50,980 nt of DNA from Cyanophora paradoxa CCMP329 (GCA_004431415.1 QPMI01000313.1:1-50980), one strand, 5' to 3'; counted from the stretch's first letter, positions 22,693 to 34,400 are shown. The notes: a model not told the origin generated them from the sequence alone. Numbers and translations are program-made.

Positions 22693-22998
22693 GTGGCCAC
22701 CAGCAAGTCCCTCAGTGGAAGGCCCCAGCACCGGTCCTGGGGGCTATCACTGCGAGTTTGGAGAATTCAACGTCTGGGTTCATTCCCCCTCCCACAGGGA
22801 GCAAGGAGTTCCCAGGGGGCTCAAAACAGCAATTCAGGTGCACACAAAAACTTTTCAGGGGGAAAATGTACAGGGCCCTAGCCAGAGGGAGTAGCACCCA
22901 GCCCAGCTGCGGCCCCTGTGAGAGGCTCAGCAATTGCGAGCGGGACCCCTACTGCGTGTTTAGGGAATTCAACGTTTTCTGGGGCTAGCAAGCACTTT

Positions 22999-23000
<2 letters not shown>

Positions 23001-23076
<76 letters not shown>
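23001..23076. repeat. (TG)34(CG)4 microsatellite
   Basis: Directly visible in the sequence. Confidence 0.97.
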
Positions 23077-23233
23077 AAAAAAGAGTGCGTGTGCACCCAA
23101 TTTGGACTCAATTTGGGAGGCCCGTTGCAGAATTGGTTTTTGAACTGAGCACCTTGGAAAAAAACTGGATATGCTCGGAATTCACGACCCTCTACACATG
23201 CTCTGAGATTGTTGATTAGACATCCTACCAACC

Positions 23234-24442
23234 ATGAAAGCAATAAAATGGAAAGCATGTTTGATTGTCCTATTTACCAGCACATTTCTCTTCTTCCGAC
23301 TGACATGTGTCAAAGTGAAACAGCAACAAATTTTGGATTTCGCCACAATTTCTGGAAGTGCAGAAGAAGTTTCAGCTGCTTGGGAAGTCCTCGTGACGGA
23401 CGATCTAACGAGACACCAGCAAATCAATCACGCATGCCCAAAGTTTCTGTATCAGCCTCTCGCCGAAGGAGCTGGAATAGGACATCGCCTGGGTCAGTGG
23501 ATGACTGCTCTTACTGCAGCGCGTGCATTGAACCTCACTTTTGTTCATCAGTCCCTGGATTCCGAAAGGGGTGCGTTGCTTACTGCGTTTCATCTGTGCT
23601 GTGAATAACACTTCGAAGATGGTGTGCACGGAGTTTACCGGCAATGGGACGAGTTCTTGAACCTAGGTTCTGGCGAACTTAAAGTTCGAGATATCCAGCC
23701 CATGCAGGTCTCGCGAACTAGACTTCCAAAAGTTCCTAACATTGAAAACACAGCCGCAATGTGGAATCAACTAAAATCCCATGTTTCGGACCAACGTCTC
23801 TGCAATGTCGTTTATGAGCTGCCTGTACGTTCGGTTTTTCCGTAAATTCTTTTGCACTCGTGTTTTACAAATGCGCAGGAAATGTGGTCGTATGATTACG
23901 GGCTTGACATTAAAAAGATAACAAGCTCGAAGTTTCAGCGTAGTGAGATGCGGAAACGTCAGTTTCCCCTTTCTTGGTCCAATGAAAGGAATAAGCTCCA
24001 CGTAGCTATCCATGTCCGGATGGGCGACATTGTTCCAACACCCGAGGAGTTTTTCCTGGGGGTAATACATGCAATCATTTCCGTTTTAGGAAGGCAAAAT
24101 GTGCATTTCTGGATTTTTTCAGAAGGGGACATACATCATAAGTATCCCAACATGGTTTCCATGCTGACGAATTTCACTGTACTGAACAAACTTTCAGCAA
24201 TGAGTGCATTTGTTCATCTCACCGAAGCAGACATACTGATTATATCTCAAAGTGGATTTTCTGAGTTTGCATCATTCTTATCAACGAAGCCATTGGTTTT
24301 CTCCCCTCCTTCTCGAGAGAGCTTCCCGTACAGATTTTGCCACGACCCTGCAATCTGTTGTACCATTTCTGGTGACTGCAGATTTGAAGGCTTCCAGCGC
24401 TTGGCTGTTCTTAAACTTCTTTTTCATGGCAAACATCAATGA
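23234..24442 (+). CDS. Spliced fucosyltransferase-superfamily (GT11/GT23-like) glycosyltransferase, ~368 aa; exons 23234-23570, 23619-23824, 23879-24442
   Basis: N-terminal signal-anchor, GAGIGHRL, VAIHVRMGD (motif I), WIFSE, and HLTEADILIISQSGFS (motif III). Two GT..AG introns of 48 and 54 bp join the three ORF pieces in frame. Confidence 0.75.
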
Positions 24443-24726
24443 GCATGTTGCCCAAGACTGAACTCACTCGGCGTAATATCTCGCTCTGGCTCAATCAGGG
24501 ATGTATGCTAAGATATCTGATCGTGATCGTGATTTCGAATATACTGCCGGCCGCACATTCTAGTTGACTACAATTGAATGCCTGCTTAGCGATCAGGGGG
24601 CTGCAAACGAGGCTAAGGTCTATGTCCAGACCGACAGCTAGGCTCTGTCATTCGGAATGGGACCCCCACCGAGTGTTTGGGAACTTCAATGTATCCTGGG
24701 TACACTCCCTTTCCACCCTGGTGAGT

Positions 24727-24933
24727 TTGAATTCCTGTCGGGCCCACAACAGGAAGTCAGGTGCACACAAATACTTTCCAGGGGGAACACGCACAAGGCG
24801 CTAGCCTTCGGCAGGTGCACCCAGGAAACATTCAAGTCCCAGGGGGACGAAGTCCCAAGCGCCTTGTGCATGTTCCCCCTGGAAAGTTTTTGAGTGCACC
24901 TGACTTCCTGTTGTGGGCCCGACAGGAATTCAA
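24727..24933. repeat. Inverted repeat (~76-bp arms, ~55-bp spacer) of satellite-related sequence
   Basis: TTGAATTCCTGTCGGGCCCACAACAGGAAGTCAGGTGCAC...GCACAAGGCGCT pairs with its reverse complement at 24858-24933. Confidence 0.85.
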
Positions 24934-26689
24934 TTGAAACTGACGACGGCCGAGAAGGAGTGAACCCAGGAATGATAGCCCCCAGCTGCTAGGATGTGTG
25001 GGGTGATGGGGGAAGTTAATCTTGGGTTCTGATAATTAAAACCAAAGTCTACCACTGCATAAGCCCTTGCGCTTGCAGTTAGTAGCATCGGAGTGAACAA
25101 ATCAAACCGATCATATCTCATATGCCAAAAGAACTCTAGCAATTGCTACAAATTCAAATCACAGAGCCGTGGCCTGGAATAGGCTCGGTCACAGGCTCAT
25201 CAGGACGGACTCTATTGTAGAAATAGAACCCGAAGTCGAAAATATTCTTGAGGAAGAGGATTTAAGAACGATGGCTGCCGCCCAGAAGATCGACATCATT
25301 TCCCGTCTTAACACGAGCAGTCAAAATCAGTATGATGGCACTAGCCCTTCGTTCACATATGACAATTTTCTAGCTGAAGTGAATTTTAATTTTAGCATGG
25401 AACTTCCATGGACCAACAACGATAAATTTCAGATCATACAGGCTATTACTACTGGAGCGGTCAAACTATTTGTTGATGGGAAGAAGCCTAATGGGGCGAT
25501 CCCTGATGGCTTTATTGCATCTCTGTTGAATGATATTAAAATGCAATTCGATTTCAGTGAAACGGACTACCGGAAGGAAATCGAAAATTTGAATCCTCGT
25601 AATCCACTAACCAATGAGTTTGATCTCCGAGTATTTTTGTCTCGAGTGGCCTTGATTGCTCCGAAAGCGTAGGCAAATGAATTTGCACACACCGAGACAA
25701 ATGGCTAGGGATATGACTGCATTGTCCATCTGTGTCAAGTCGAGAGATGAGCCTACGGGAACAAGCCTCTCGGACATCGGACGGGGTGGAGCTATTGTAC
25801 TGGAGAAAGGGGCCTATACCTGCCTAGAAACACTGCCTACACCTGCCTACAGAGCCGAAGCAGAGCAGAGCTACTATAACCCCCCTCAGGACAAGGGTGC
25901 CTACAAAGAGGACCGATGTATAAGCGAGGATGAGGTCGAAGCGGCTGAGCCTGAACTATTGTCCTCAATTTGGCAGGGAAGAAGCGCACTAAGAGAGCAA
26001 AGCCGACTAACCGCAGGGAGGGCCGGAAACCGGAGCCCGTGAGAGCCCAGGTGAAAACCGAAGGGCGCACAGCATCGCCGGCCGCAGCCGGGAACCTGTG
26101 CTCCTCGGCCAAGAGATACCTCCTCCAGCTGGCGCGTGCACGCACGCGGAGTCCGCTGCGGCGGGGGTTGGGAGGCCCCGGGCCGCCCGAGTGCTCAGAA
26201 GCACGTCGCCTCGCCAGGAATCCAAACATCTGTGCGGCCGCGACGCCCACAGCCACGACGCGGGCGTGCACTCACACGACCAACGATCATCTGCGTGGAC
26301 GCAGCGCAGGTTGCCGGCTCCATAGCCGTGGGCAGCCGATCGCTGCCGCAGAGAAGTGCTTGGGCTGAACCAGAGAGCAGCTGCTGAAGCCGCTGCTGGT
26401 GTCCGCCGGAGTAGCTCGCCGAACCGACCCTGACAGGCTCCCGCCTGCAGGCTCTCTCTCTCGTTTCCCCCCCCCCAGTCGGGGTAAGGAGCTAATCTTG
26501 TATGCACGGGTGAACAATAAGAAGACAAAATCTAGCGCTGCCAACAGATTGGTAGCATCCTCAGCACGGCAAAAGGTGGCCGCAGCAACGTTGTGGCAGC
26601 GTAGAGGCAGGAGGTTAGAAAGAAGAGACACAGAACCGGAATCTGAAAGCGAAGGGAGTCCAATTATATCTATCTCCAGTGGAGGCGAC

Positions 26690-27030
26690 ATGGCCGACGA
26701 TATCGCAACTAATCTTATGATCAAAATCTTGACTACTGACGACAAGAAAAAGTTTTCGGGCACCAATGCCGACTATGCATTTTCTAGTTTTCACACACAA
26801 GTGCAGGGCATTTTCGATCTTGGAATTTTAAATAACACGCAGAAATATACGGCGCTCATGTGCTTAACGTCGGAAGCGGCCCACGAACTCGTTAGAGATG
26901 CCGGGCCGCTACCGCAGCAGGTTCCGCCAGACTTTTTCAATAATATTTTCACAAAGCTGAAGGACCGTTTCGATCGCACTCATTTTGACTATCGTGATTC
27001 GTTTAGGGCCTTGCGTTTGGAATTCATAAA
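26690..27030 (+). pseudogene. Family B gag N-terminus (truncated by deletion/inversion)
   Basis: MADDIATNLMIKILTTDDKKKFSG...QKYTALMCLTSEAA...KLKDRF, located downstream of the PBS. Confidence 0.75.
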
Positions 27031-27476
27031 GGAGTGGGAAATGTCAATCATATTCTTTTCACAATAATCTCTTCCAAGAATCACATCGTGGGAAAGCTTA
27101 TCCATCACCACCACTCGTTCAACTGTCTGCAAACTTCCTAGTTCTATTCTCAAATTTGTTGATCCAACAGCAGGGACCATTTCTTTTGTAAAACCTCGAA
27201 GCTTGGGTGCAGCTTTTACAACTTCAGGCTGCACTGGCAACTTGTTTAGCAATTTTTGTGAGGCCAAAGAAACGTCTGCTCCTGTGTCCAATAAGGCGCA
27301 GGTGGGAACTTCCTGTACCTTTACAGGTACTGTCCCTGCCCGGCCCTGCTCATGGACAGTTGGCTTTAGTGCTAGAATTTCCTTGGGGGTAAAGACTATT
27401 TTGGACGTGGTGTACACAATGCGATCCTTTATATTTTCATCATGCTGCACATCATAATCCTGAACTGCTTTATCTC
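27031..27476 (-). pseudogene. Inverted aspartic protease segment of family B
   Basis: Minus-strand ALLDTGA...DVILGRD; nearly identical to plus-strand 34286-34730. Confidence 0.9.
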
Positions 27477-27503
27477 CATTCCAAAGGGATTGTACACTCC
27501 TTT

Positions 27504-30500
27504 GTGAACCCCTCATTGCAAGTCCCATTGTCACTTGGAACAACCAAATCTGAGTCAAGTGTTGCTCTTGCTGAAGATGTGAAAATTCCTGAAAACACAG
27601 GTGTTAAAGTAGTACTTCGAGTAGATAGTAATGGAGAAGGAGTAATAATTTTTCCTGAATGCGAAATTGTCCCTGGAGTTTATGGACTCTCCACTGTTCA
27701 GCAAGTTTCGAATGGCCTCACTTCATCTGTTTTGTACAACTTGAACGATTTTCCTGTAATTTTGAACAAAGGGCTAACGTGTGGAGAATGGTGGCCTAAA
27801 ACGGACTGTGAAATCATGTCTTTGGATATTGGTCAAAAAGAGATTCCTGGAAAGTCCTTTGAAGTCTCTACAATTGCACCTTCATTCGATAAAGGGTACT
27901 TCGAAAAGATCAAGTCGCAAATTGATTATGGATTTTCAGGAGCTACAGCTGATCAGAAGGAAAAGATAGAGGCTTTGTTGCGAAACAATTGTGATGTGTT
28001 TGTAGAAAAATTTGTTTTTGATCCCAAGGCTTGTTTACCAGGTGAGCATTCTATCAACACTGGATCTTCACTTCCCATTAATTCAAGGCCTATGCACTGG
28101 TCTCCTAAGGATAGAGCACTTTTCAAAACAACACTGGAAGATTTGATTTCCAGAAATATTGCTGAGCCTTCGCAGAGTCCTTGGTCAGCACCAGCTTTCT
28201 TTGTTACAAAGCAAGGCACAGATGAAATGCGGCTAGTCACTGATTATCGCAAGTTGAATGCAATTACAAAGAAGAATGTGTATCCTCTTCCCAAGATTCA
28301 GGACATGTTGGATGCCCTCCAAGGCAACCAGTTTTTCTCCACAATGGACTTTTCAAGTAGGTTCTGGCAAGTTAAGATGAAGGATCAAGACAAAGAAAAG
28401 ACAGCATTCAAAACGCCGTTTGGATTATTTCAGCTAAAAGTGATGGCGATGGGGCTCACTAATGCACCCCCAACCTTTCAGTCTATAATGGAAGGAATGT
28501 TGAAAGATTATCTGTGGATATTTGTGCTTGTTTTTATTGACGATTTGATTACTTTCTCAAAGTCTTTTGAAGAACATTGCACCCATTTGCAGAAAGTGTT
28601 CAACAGGCTGCGGAAAAACCACGCGAAGTTAAAACCTAGTAAGTGTCACCTATTCAAAAAGGAGTTGAAATTTCTTGGGCATATTGTTGATGGAACTGGA
28701 AGGAGTCCCGATCCAGCAAAGTTAAAGGCCATTGCCGAGTTTCCACAGCCAACAGATGTATCCAGTTTGCGATCCTTCTTGGGAACTTGCAACTATTATA
28801 GGGACAATGTCCAAAATTTCTCGCAAATCACATCTGATTTATATGAATTGACACAGAAGAATATTGAATGGAAGTGGACAGACCACCATCAGCAACTCTT
28901 TGAGCAGGTGAAGCAAGAGTTATTGAAAAAGACTGTTCTCCACTTCCCTGATTTCAACAAGCGTTTCATTCTTGAAACTGATGCCAGTGATAAAGGCATT
29001 GGAGGTATACTATCGCAGGAGAAGGATGGAAAAATCATGCCAGTTTACTTCTATAGCAGAAAATGGAGAAAAGAAGAAAGAAATATGCCAGCTTCGGAGG
29101 CTGAATGTGCAGCTGTTGTTGATTGTCTCAATACTTGGAGTCACTACATCAAAGGTGCCCCCAAATCGATTCTCTACACTGACTGCAAGGCATTGGAATG
29201 GCTGTTTTCTTTGAAACCCGAAAAGGGAAAGCTCGCTCGATGGGCAGCTCTGATTCAGCAATATGACATTGACATTCAGTATCGGAGAGGACTATTGAAC
29301 AAGGCTGATGGCCCATCACGTTACCCAGTGGCTCCTGATATCAGCAAAAGCGTGGAAGATGTTTTAGATATTTTGCATCTTGAGATGATATTTGGAGATG
29401 ATAAGTTCGAGGAATTGTTCGAGGCCCAACGCCAAGATGAGTTCTGTAGATCACTTATTGACATTTTGGAAGGCAACAACTCACACAATGAAAAGCTTTT
29501 ACGCACATCCCAGTTTTTCGGCTTGGACAAGAATGGGATTCTGGTTTTCAAGCCTTCCAATCTGCAGCACAGAGTGGTTATTCCTAAGTCTTTACAGCAT
29601 GAGTTGATTTCGAAATCTCATGATCACCCCATGTCTGGACACTTTGGACATGAGAAAATTTTATTTGATTTGAAACGGAAGTATTTCTGGAAATCCATGA
29701 ATGAAGATGTGAAAAAGTTCGTTTCTAACTGCATCAAGTGTCAATATCGGAAACCTCTGACAGGTCGTTCACAAGCGCCTCAGCAAATGGTAGAAGCTTC
29801 AAGGCCTTTTGAGGTTGTTGAACTGGATTTTATCGGCCCTCTACCTACTACAAACCGAGGCAATCGCTTTATTTGTACAGCTATATGTGTCTATACTGCA
29901 TCAATGTCGGCCAAGGCTGCTTGCAACATGCTTTATGAGGACATCATATGCCGGCATGGAGTTCCAAAAATGATTTACACTGATCAAGGTGGAGCATTTG
30001 CTAGTGGAGTAACAAAACGACTTTGTAGCAAGTTCGGAATTAAATCCGTGCTCAACTCTGGATACCGACCTCAGGCGACTGGCAAGGTCGAACGGCTCAA
30101 CCAAACTCTCAAGGATATTATTTACAATTACATAAATGACGAGCACTCGGATTGGGATAAGTATATTTCGTCAGCATTGTTTGCGATTCGAAGCCACGTA
30201 AACAAGACAATGGGTGTATCGCCGTTCTTTCTCGTCTACGGGCGCGATGCGGTCTTTCCTTACGATTTATCTCTTTCTCACGAGTCGGAACAGCCGAACT
30301 ACTTGGAACATATGCTTACTCGATTGAATGATGCCAAGCAGCGAGTTGACAGTATTTTCGCAAAGCGCAAGGAGGAAGTGATGGCAGAGAATGCTAAAGA
30401 TGATTGGACACGTTTTGAGATTGACGACATGGTCCTAGTTCGTGACCTTGGGGCGAAAGGTTTACAACCCCGGTTTACTGGACCTTACGCTGTTTTGAAG

Positions 30501-30602
30501 CAGACGTCCGCGGTCAACTATCTCTTATGGGACCCAGAGCGGCCCAAGTTTCCTTTCGTTACCCACGTTGACCGGATGCGTCCTTCCGTAGCACAGAGCT
30601 AG
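27504..30602 (+). CDS. Ty3/gypsy pol (RT-RNase H-integrase), with an 8-codon deletion in the integrase
   Basis: RLVTDYRKLN, MGLTNAP, FIDD, ETDAS, HDHPMSGH..CIKC, LDFIGP, TDQG, VERLN, GPY. Lacks GYGEARAT, which is present in the second copy. Confidence 0.93.
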   Translation: MNPSLQVPLSLGTTKSESSVALAEDVKIPENTGVKVVLRVDSNGEGVIIFPECEIVPGVYGLSTVQQVSNGLTSSVLYNLNDFPVILNKGLTCGEWWPKTDCEIMSLDIGQKEIPGKSFEVSTIAPSFDKGYFEKIKSQIDYGFSGATADQKEKIEALLRNNCDVFVEKFVFDPKACLPGEHSINTGSSLPINSRPMHWSPKDRALFKTTLEDLISRNIAEPSQSPWSAPAFFVTKQGTDEMRLVTDYRKLNAITKKNVYPLPKIQDMLDALQGNQFFSTMDFSSRFWQVKMKDQDKEKTAFKTPFGLFQLKVMAMGLTNAPPTFQSIMEGMLKDYLWIFVLVFIDDLITFSKSFEEHCTHLQKVFNRLRKNHAKLKPSKCHLFKKELKFLGHIVDGTGRSPDPAKLKAIAEFPQPTDVSSLRSFLGTCNYYRDNVQNFSQITSDLYELTQKNIEWKWTDHHQQLFEQVKQELLKKTVLHFPDFNKRFILETDASDKGIGGILSQEKDGKIMPVYFYSRKWRKEERNMPASEAECAAVVDCLNTWSHYIKGAPKSILYTDCKALEWLFSLKPEKGKLARWAALIQQYDIDIQYRRGLLNKADGPSRYPVAPDISKSVEDVLDILHLEMIFGDDKFEELFEAQRQDEFCRSLIDILEGNNSHNEKLLRTSQFFGLDKNGILVFKPSNLQHRVVIPKSLQHELISKSHDHPMSGHFGHEKILFDLKRKYFWKSMNEDVKKFVSNCIKCQYRKPLTGRSQAPQQMVEASRPFEVVELDFIGPLPTTNRGNRFICTAICVYTASMSAKAACNMLYEDIICRHGVPKMIYTDQGGAFASGVTKRLCSKFGIKSVLNSGYRPQATGKVERLNQTLKDIIYNYINDEHSDWDKYISSALFAIRSHVNKTMGVSPFFLVYGRDAVFPYDLSLSHESEQPNYLEHMLTRLNDAKQRVDSIFAKRKEEVMAENAKDDWTRFEIDDMVLVRDLGAKGLQPRFTGPYAVLKQTSAVNYLLWDPERPKFPFVTHVDRMRPSVAQS

Positions 30603-31494
30603 CGGAGAGGGGATGACAGGCTCCCGCCTGCAGGCTCTCTCTCTCGTTTCCCCCCCCCAGTCGGGGTAAGGAGCTAATCTTGTATGCACGGGTGAACAAT
30701 AAGAAGACAAAATCTAGCGCTGCCAACAACCCACCGAGCGGATTCCTAATGGACGCGCGGCTAACCGGCTAGAGAAGGGCTAAAGGCACCGCCGAGGCCA
30801 TTTGCGGCAGCCGGAGAGGCGCCCAGCGGGCAGGAGCCCGCTACCTACTTTCTCTCCAGGTTGGGGTACGCGAATCATTGCTCCGAAAGCGTGGCCCAAC
30901 GAATCGGACAGTAACTGTGTAAACAAAATCAATGAAATTTTGGTTGCGCGTGGCTTTCCGCACTTTGGGTTGAATATAAGAATGGGAGAAATCCGATCTG
31001 TTGATGATTTTCTCAGAGTTCGTGAAAAGGTGAAAAAGAAGAAAAATGTGCCTCTGGTTCTTGAACAGCCAAAAGGCGATCAACCTGTTATGTCAGCTGC
31101 CGCAAACTCTTCATCCAATTCTTCTTCTAATGCTGCTAATCTTCTAGGCAATGTTGGAAATGTAGGAATTAAAATTGGAAATGTTCCTTCTGGATTTGTT
31201 GGCTCTAGGCCTGGGTGCCAGCATTGTGGACTGTTTTTGGATTTGTTTCCCCAACATGATCCGGACCAGTGTCAGAATAGACCTGGGGCACCGCCTCGAG
31301 CACCTTTTTATGGATCTTGCGGGTATTCTGGACCCAATCGAGGCAGTTTTCAGCAGAGAGGCTCTGATCGTCCCCAGATTGTAAATCAGCGCCCTCCCCG
31401 CCAAGTAAATAATGTTCAGGAAGATGTTGAGGAAAATGTGTCTAATGAAACCAACTCTGGGTACTTGGCTAGGGATAAAAGAGTGTATATGTGC

Positions 31495-34400
31495 GCATGA
31501 TGAAAATATAAAGGATCGCATTGTGTACACCACGTCCAAAATAGTCTTTACCCCCAAGGAAATTCTAGCACTCAAGCCAACTGTCCATGAGCAGGGCCGG
31601 GCAGGGACAGTACCTGTAAAGGTACAGGAAGTTCCCACCTGGGCCTTATTGGACACAGGAGCAGACGTTTCTTTGGCCTCACAAAAATTGCTAAACAAGT
31701 TGCCAGTGCAGCCTGAAGTTGTAAAAGCTGCACCCAAGCTTCGAGGTTTTACAAAAGAAATGGTCCCTGCTGTTGGATCAACAAATTTGAGAATAGAACT
31801 AGGAAGTTTGCAGACAGTTGAACGAGTGGCGGTGATGGATAAGCTTTCCCACGATGTGATTCTTGGAAGAGATTATTGTGAAAAGAATATGATTGACATT
31901 TCCCATTCCAAAGGGATTGTACACTCCTTTGTGAACCCCTCATTGCAAGTCCCATTGTCACTTGGAACAACCAAATCTGAGTCAAGTGTTGCTCTTGCTG
32001 AAGATGTGAAAATTCCTGAAAACACAGGTGTTAAAGTAGTACTTCGAGTAGATAGTAATGGAGAAGGAGTAATAATTTTTCCTGAATGCGAAATTGTCCC
32101 TGGAGTTTATGGACTCTCCACTGTTCAGCAAGTTTCGAATGGCCTCACTTCATCTGTTTTGTACAACTTGAACGATTTTCCTGTAATTTTGAACAAAGGG
32201 CTAACGTGTGGAGAATGGTGGCCTAAAACGGACTGTGAAATCATGTCTTTGGATATTGGTCAAAAAGAGATTCCTGGAAAGTCCTTTGAAGTCTCTACAA
32301 TTGCACCTTCATTCGATAAAGGGTACTTCGAAAAGATCAAGTCGCAAATTGATTATGGATTTTCAGGAGCTACAGCTGATCAGAAGGAAAAGATAGAGGC
32401 TTCTCAAAAAGTTCCTAGATAATGCAGTTTATCTCGCACCGAAGGCGTGGCCTGCTTATCCGGTTGAGCACTATGTGCGAGAAATCCGGGAGCTCATGTG
32501 CCAGCAGGACTTTCATTATTTCGAGACGGTGTTCAACCACAGTGCCATTCAAACCCTAGCCGATTTCGAAAAGCATCGGCGTGGGATTGAAGAGATGTTT
32601 GAGCGGGAACAGATGAAGAAAAAGCCGGTTAAGTGCCGCTTTTGTGAAATGATCAACCCCAATCATTCGGAGATTGAATGCTACGATAACAAAGATGGCC
32701 CGAATTACTGGCCCGACCGTCGGAATGGAGGATACAGTCGCGGAGGTTTTGGGCGCGGCGGTTTTGGGCGTGGAGGTTTTGGTCGTGGTGGCTCTGGAAG
32801 GGGTGGGCCGCCTACACAAAATTTTGGAAATAATCGGTCTGGACCACCTTTTCGAAATGTTCGAAATGTTGAGGAAGATAAAGCAGTTCAGGATTATGAT
32901 GTGCAGCATGATGAAAATATAAAGGATCGCATTGTGTACACCACGTCCAAAATAGTCTTTACCCCCAAGGAAATTCTAGCACTAAAGCCAACTGTCCATG
33001 AGCAGGGCCGGGCAGGGACAGTACCTGTAAAGGTACAGGAAGTTCCCACCTGGGCCTTATTGGACACAGGAGCAGACGTTTCTTTGGCCTCACAAAATTG
33101 CTAAACAAGTTGCCAGTGCAGCCTGAAGTTGTAAAAGCTGCACCCAAGCTTCGAGGTTTTACAAAAGAAATGGTCCCTGCTGTTGGATCAACAAATTTGA
33201 GAATAGAACTAGGAAGTTTGCAGACAGTTGAACGAGTGGCGGTGATGGATAAGCTTTCCCACGATGTGATTCTTGGAAGAGATTATTGTGAAAAGAATAT
33301 GATTGACATTTCCCATTCCAAAGGGATTGTACACTCCTTTGTGAACCCCTCATTGCAAGTCCCATTGTCACTTGGAACAACCAAATCTGAGTCAAGTGTT
33401 GCTCTTGCTGAAGATGTGAAAATTCCTGAAAACACAGGTGTTAAAGTAGTACTTCGAGTAGATAGTAATGGAGAAGGAGTAATAATTTTTCCTGAATGCG
33501 AAATTGTCCCTGGAGTTTATGGACTCTCCACTGTTCAGCAAGTTTCGAATGGCCTCACTTCATCTGTTTTGTACAACTTGAACGATTTTCCTGTAATTTT
33601 GAACAAAGGGCTAACGTGTGGAGAATGGTGGCCTAAAACGGACTGTGAAATCATGTCTTTGGATATTGGTCAAAAAGAGATTCCTGGAAAGTCCTTTGAA
33701 GTCTCTACAATTGCACCTTCATTCGATAAAGGGTACTTCGAAAAGATCAAGTCGCAAATTGATTATGGATTTTCAGGAGCTACAGCTGATCAGAAGGAAA
33801 AGATAGAGGCTTCTCAAAAAGTTCCTAGATAATGCAGTTTATCTCGCACCGAAGGCGTGGCCTGCTTATCCGGTTGAGCACTATGTGCGAGAAATCCGGG
33901 AGCTCATGTGCCAGCAGGACTTTCATTATTTCGAGACGGTGTTCAACCACAGTGCCATTCAAACCCTAGCCGATTTCGAAAAGCATCGGCGTGGGATTGA
34001 AGAGATGTTTGAGCGGGAACAGATGAAGAAAAAGCCGGTTAAGTGCCGCTTTTGTGAAATGATCAACCCCAATCATTCGGAGATTGAATGCTACGATAAC
34101 AAAGATGGCCCGAATTACTGGCCCGACCGTCGGAATGGAGGATACAGTCGCGGAGGTTTTGGGCGCGGCGGTTTTGGGCGTGGAGGTTTTGGTCGTGGTG
34201 GCTCTGGAAGGGGTGGGCCGCCTACACAAAATTTTGGAAATAATCGGTCTGGACCACCTTTTCGAAATGTTCGAAATGTTGAGGAAGATAAAGCAGTTCA
34301 GGATTATGATGTGCAGCATGATGAAAATATAAAGGATCGCATTGTGTACACCACGTCCAAAATAGTCTTTACCCCCAAGGAAATTCTAGCACTAAAGCCA

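Larger units (their letters stand above)
26431..30728 (+). mobile_element. Ty3/gypsy LTR retrotransposon family B, copy 1 (internally deleted and inverted)
   Basis: LTRs at 26431-26546 and 30614-30728 (TG...CA); 4-bp TSD ACCC at 26427-26430 and 30729-30732; PBS TGGTAGCATCC at 26550; PPT GGAGAGGGGA before the 3' LTR; domain order RT-RH-IN. Confidence 0.95.
25671..30876. mobile_element. Unclassified ~0.9-kb GC-rich insertion (25671-26430 + 30733-30876) with 16-bp TSD, itself interrupted by an LTR element
   Basis: ATTGCTCCGAAAGCGT occurs at 25655-25670 and 30877-30892. Confidence 0.75.
24995..31495 (+). mobile_element. Ty3/gypsy-like family A remnant: putative short LTR (~24995-25077), degenerate PBS, gag split into 25271-25670 and 30877-31495
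   Basis: TAGTAGCATC at 25080 resembles the family B PBS. Gag is continuous across the insertion (IAPKA|WPNES), has a zinc knuckle CQHC-x8-H-x4-C, and shares APKAWP with family B gag. Confidence 0.7.

Noticed and set aside
22878-23258. HTHTHT / CVCVCV ORFs
   Set aside because: They are translations of the (TG)n microsatellite.
25656-26766. Overlapping 75-170-aa ORFs in the GC-rich insert
   Set aside because: Open frames on both strands are expected at high GC, and no motifs were recognised.
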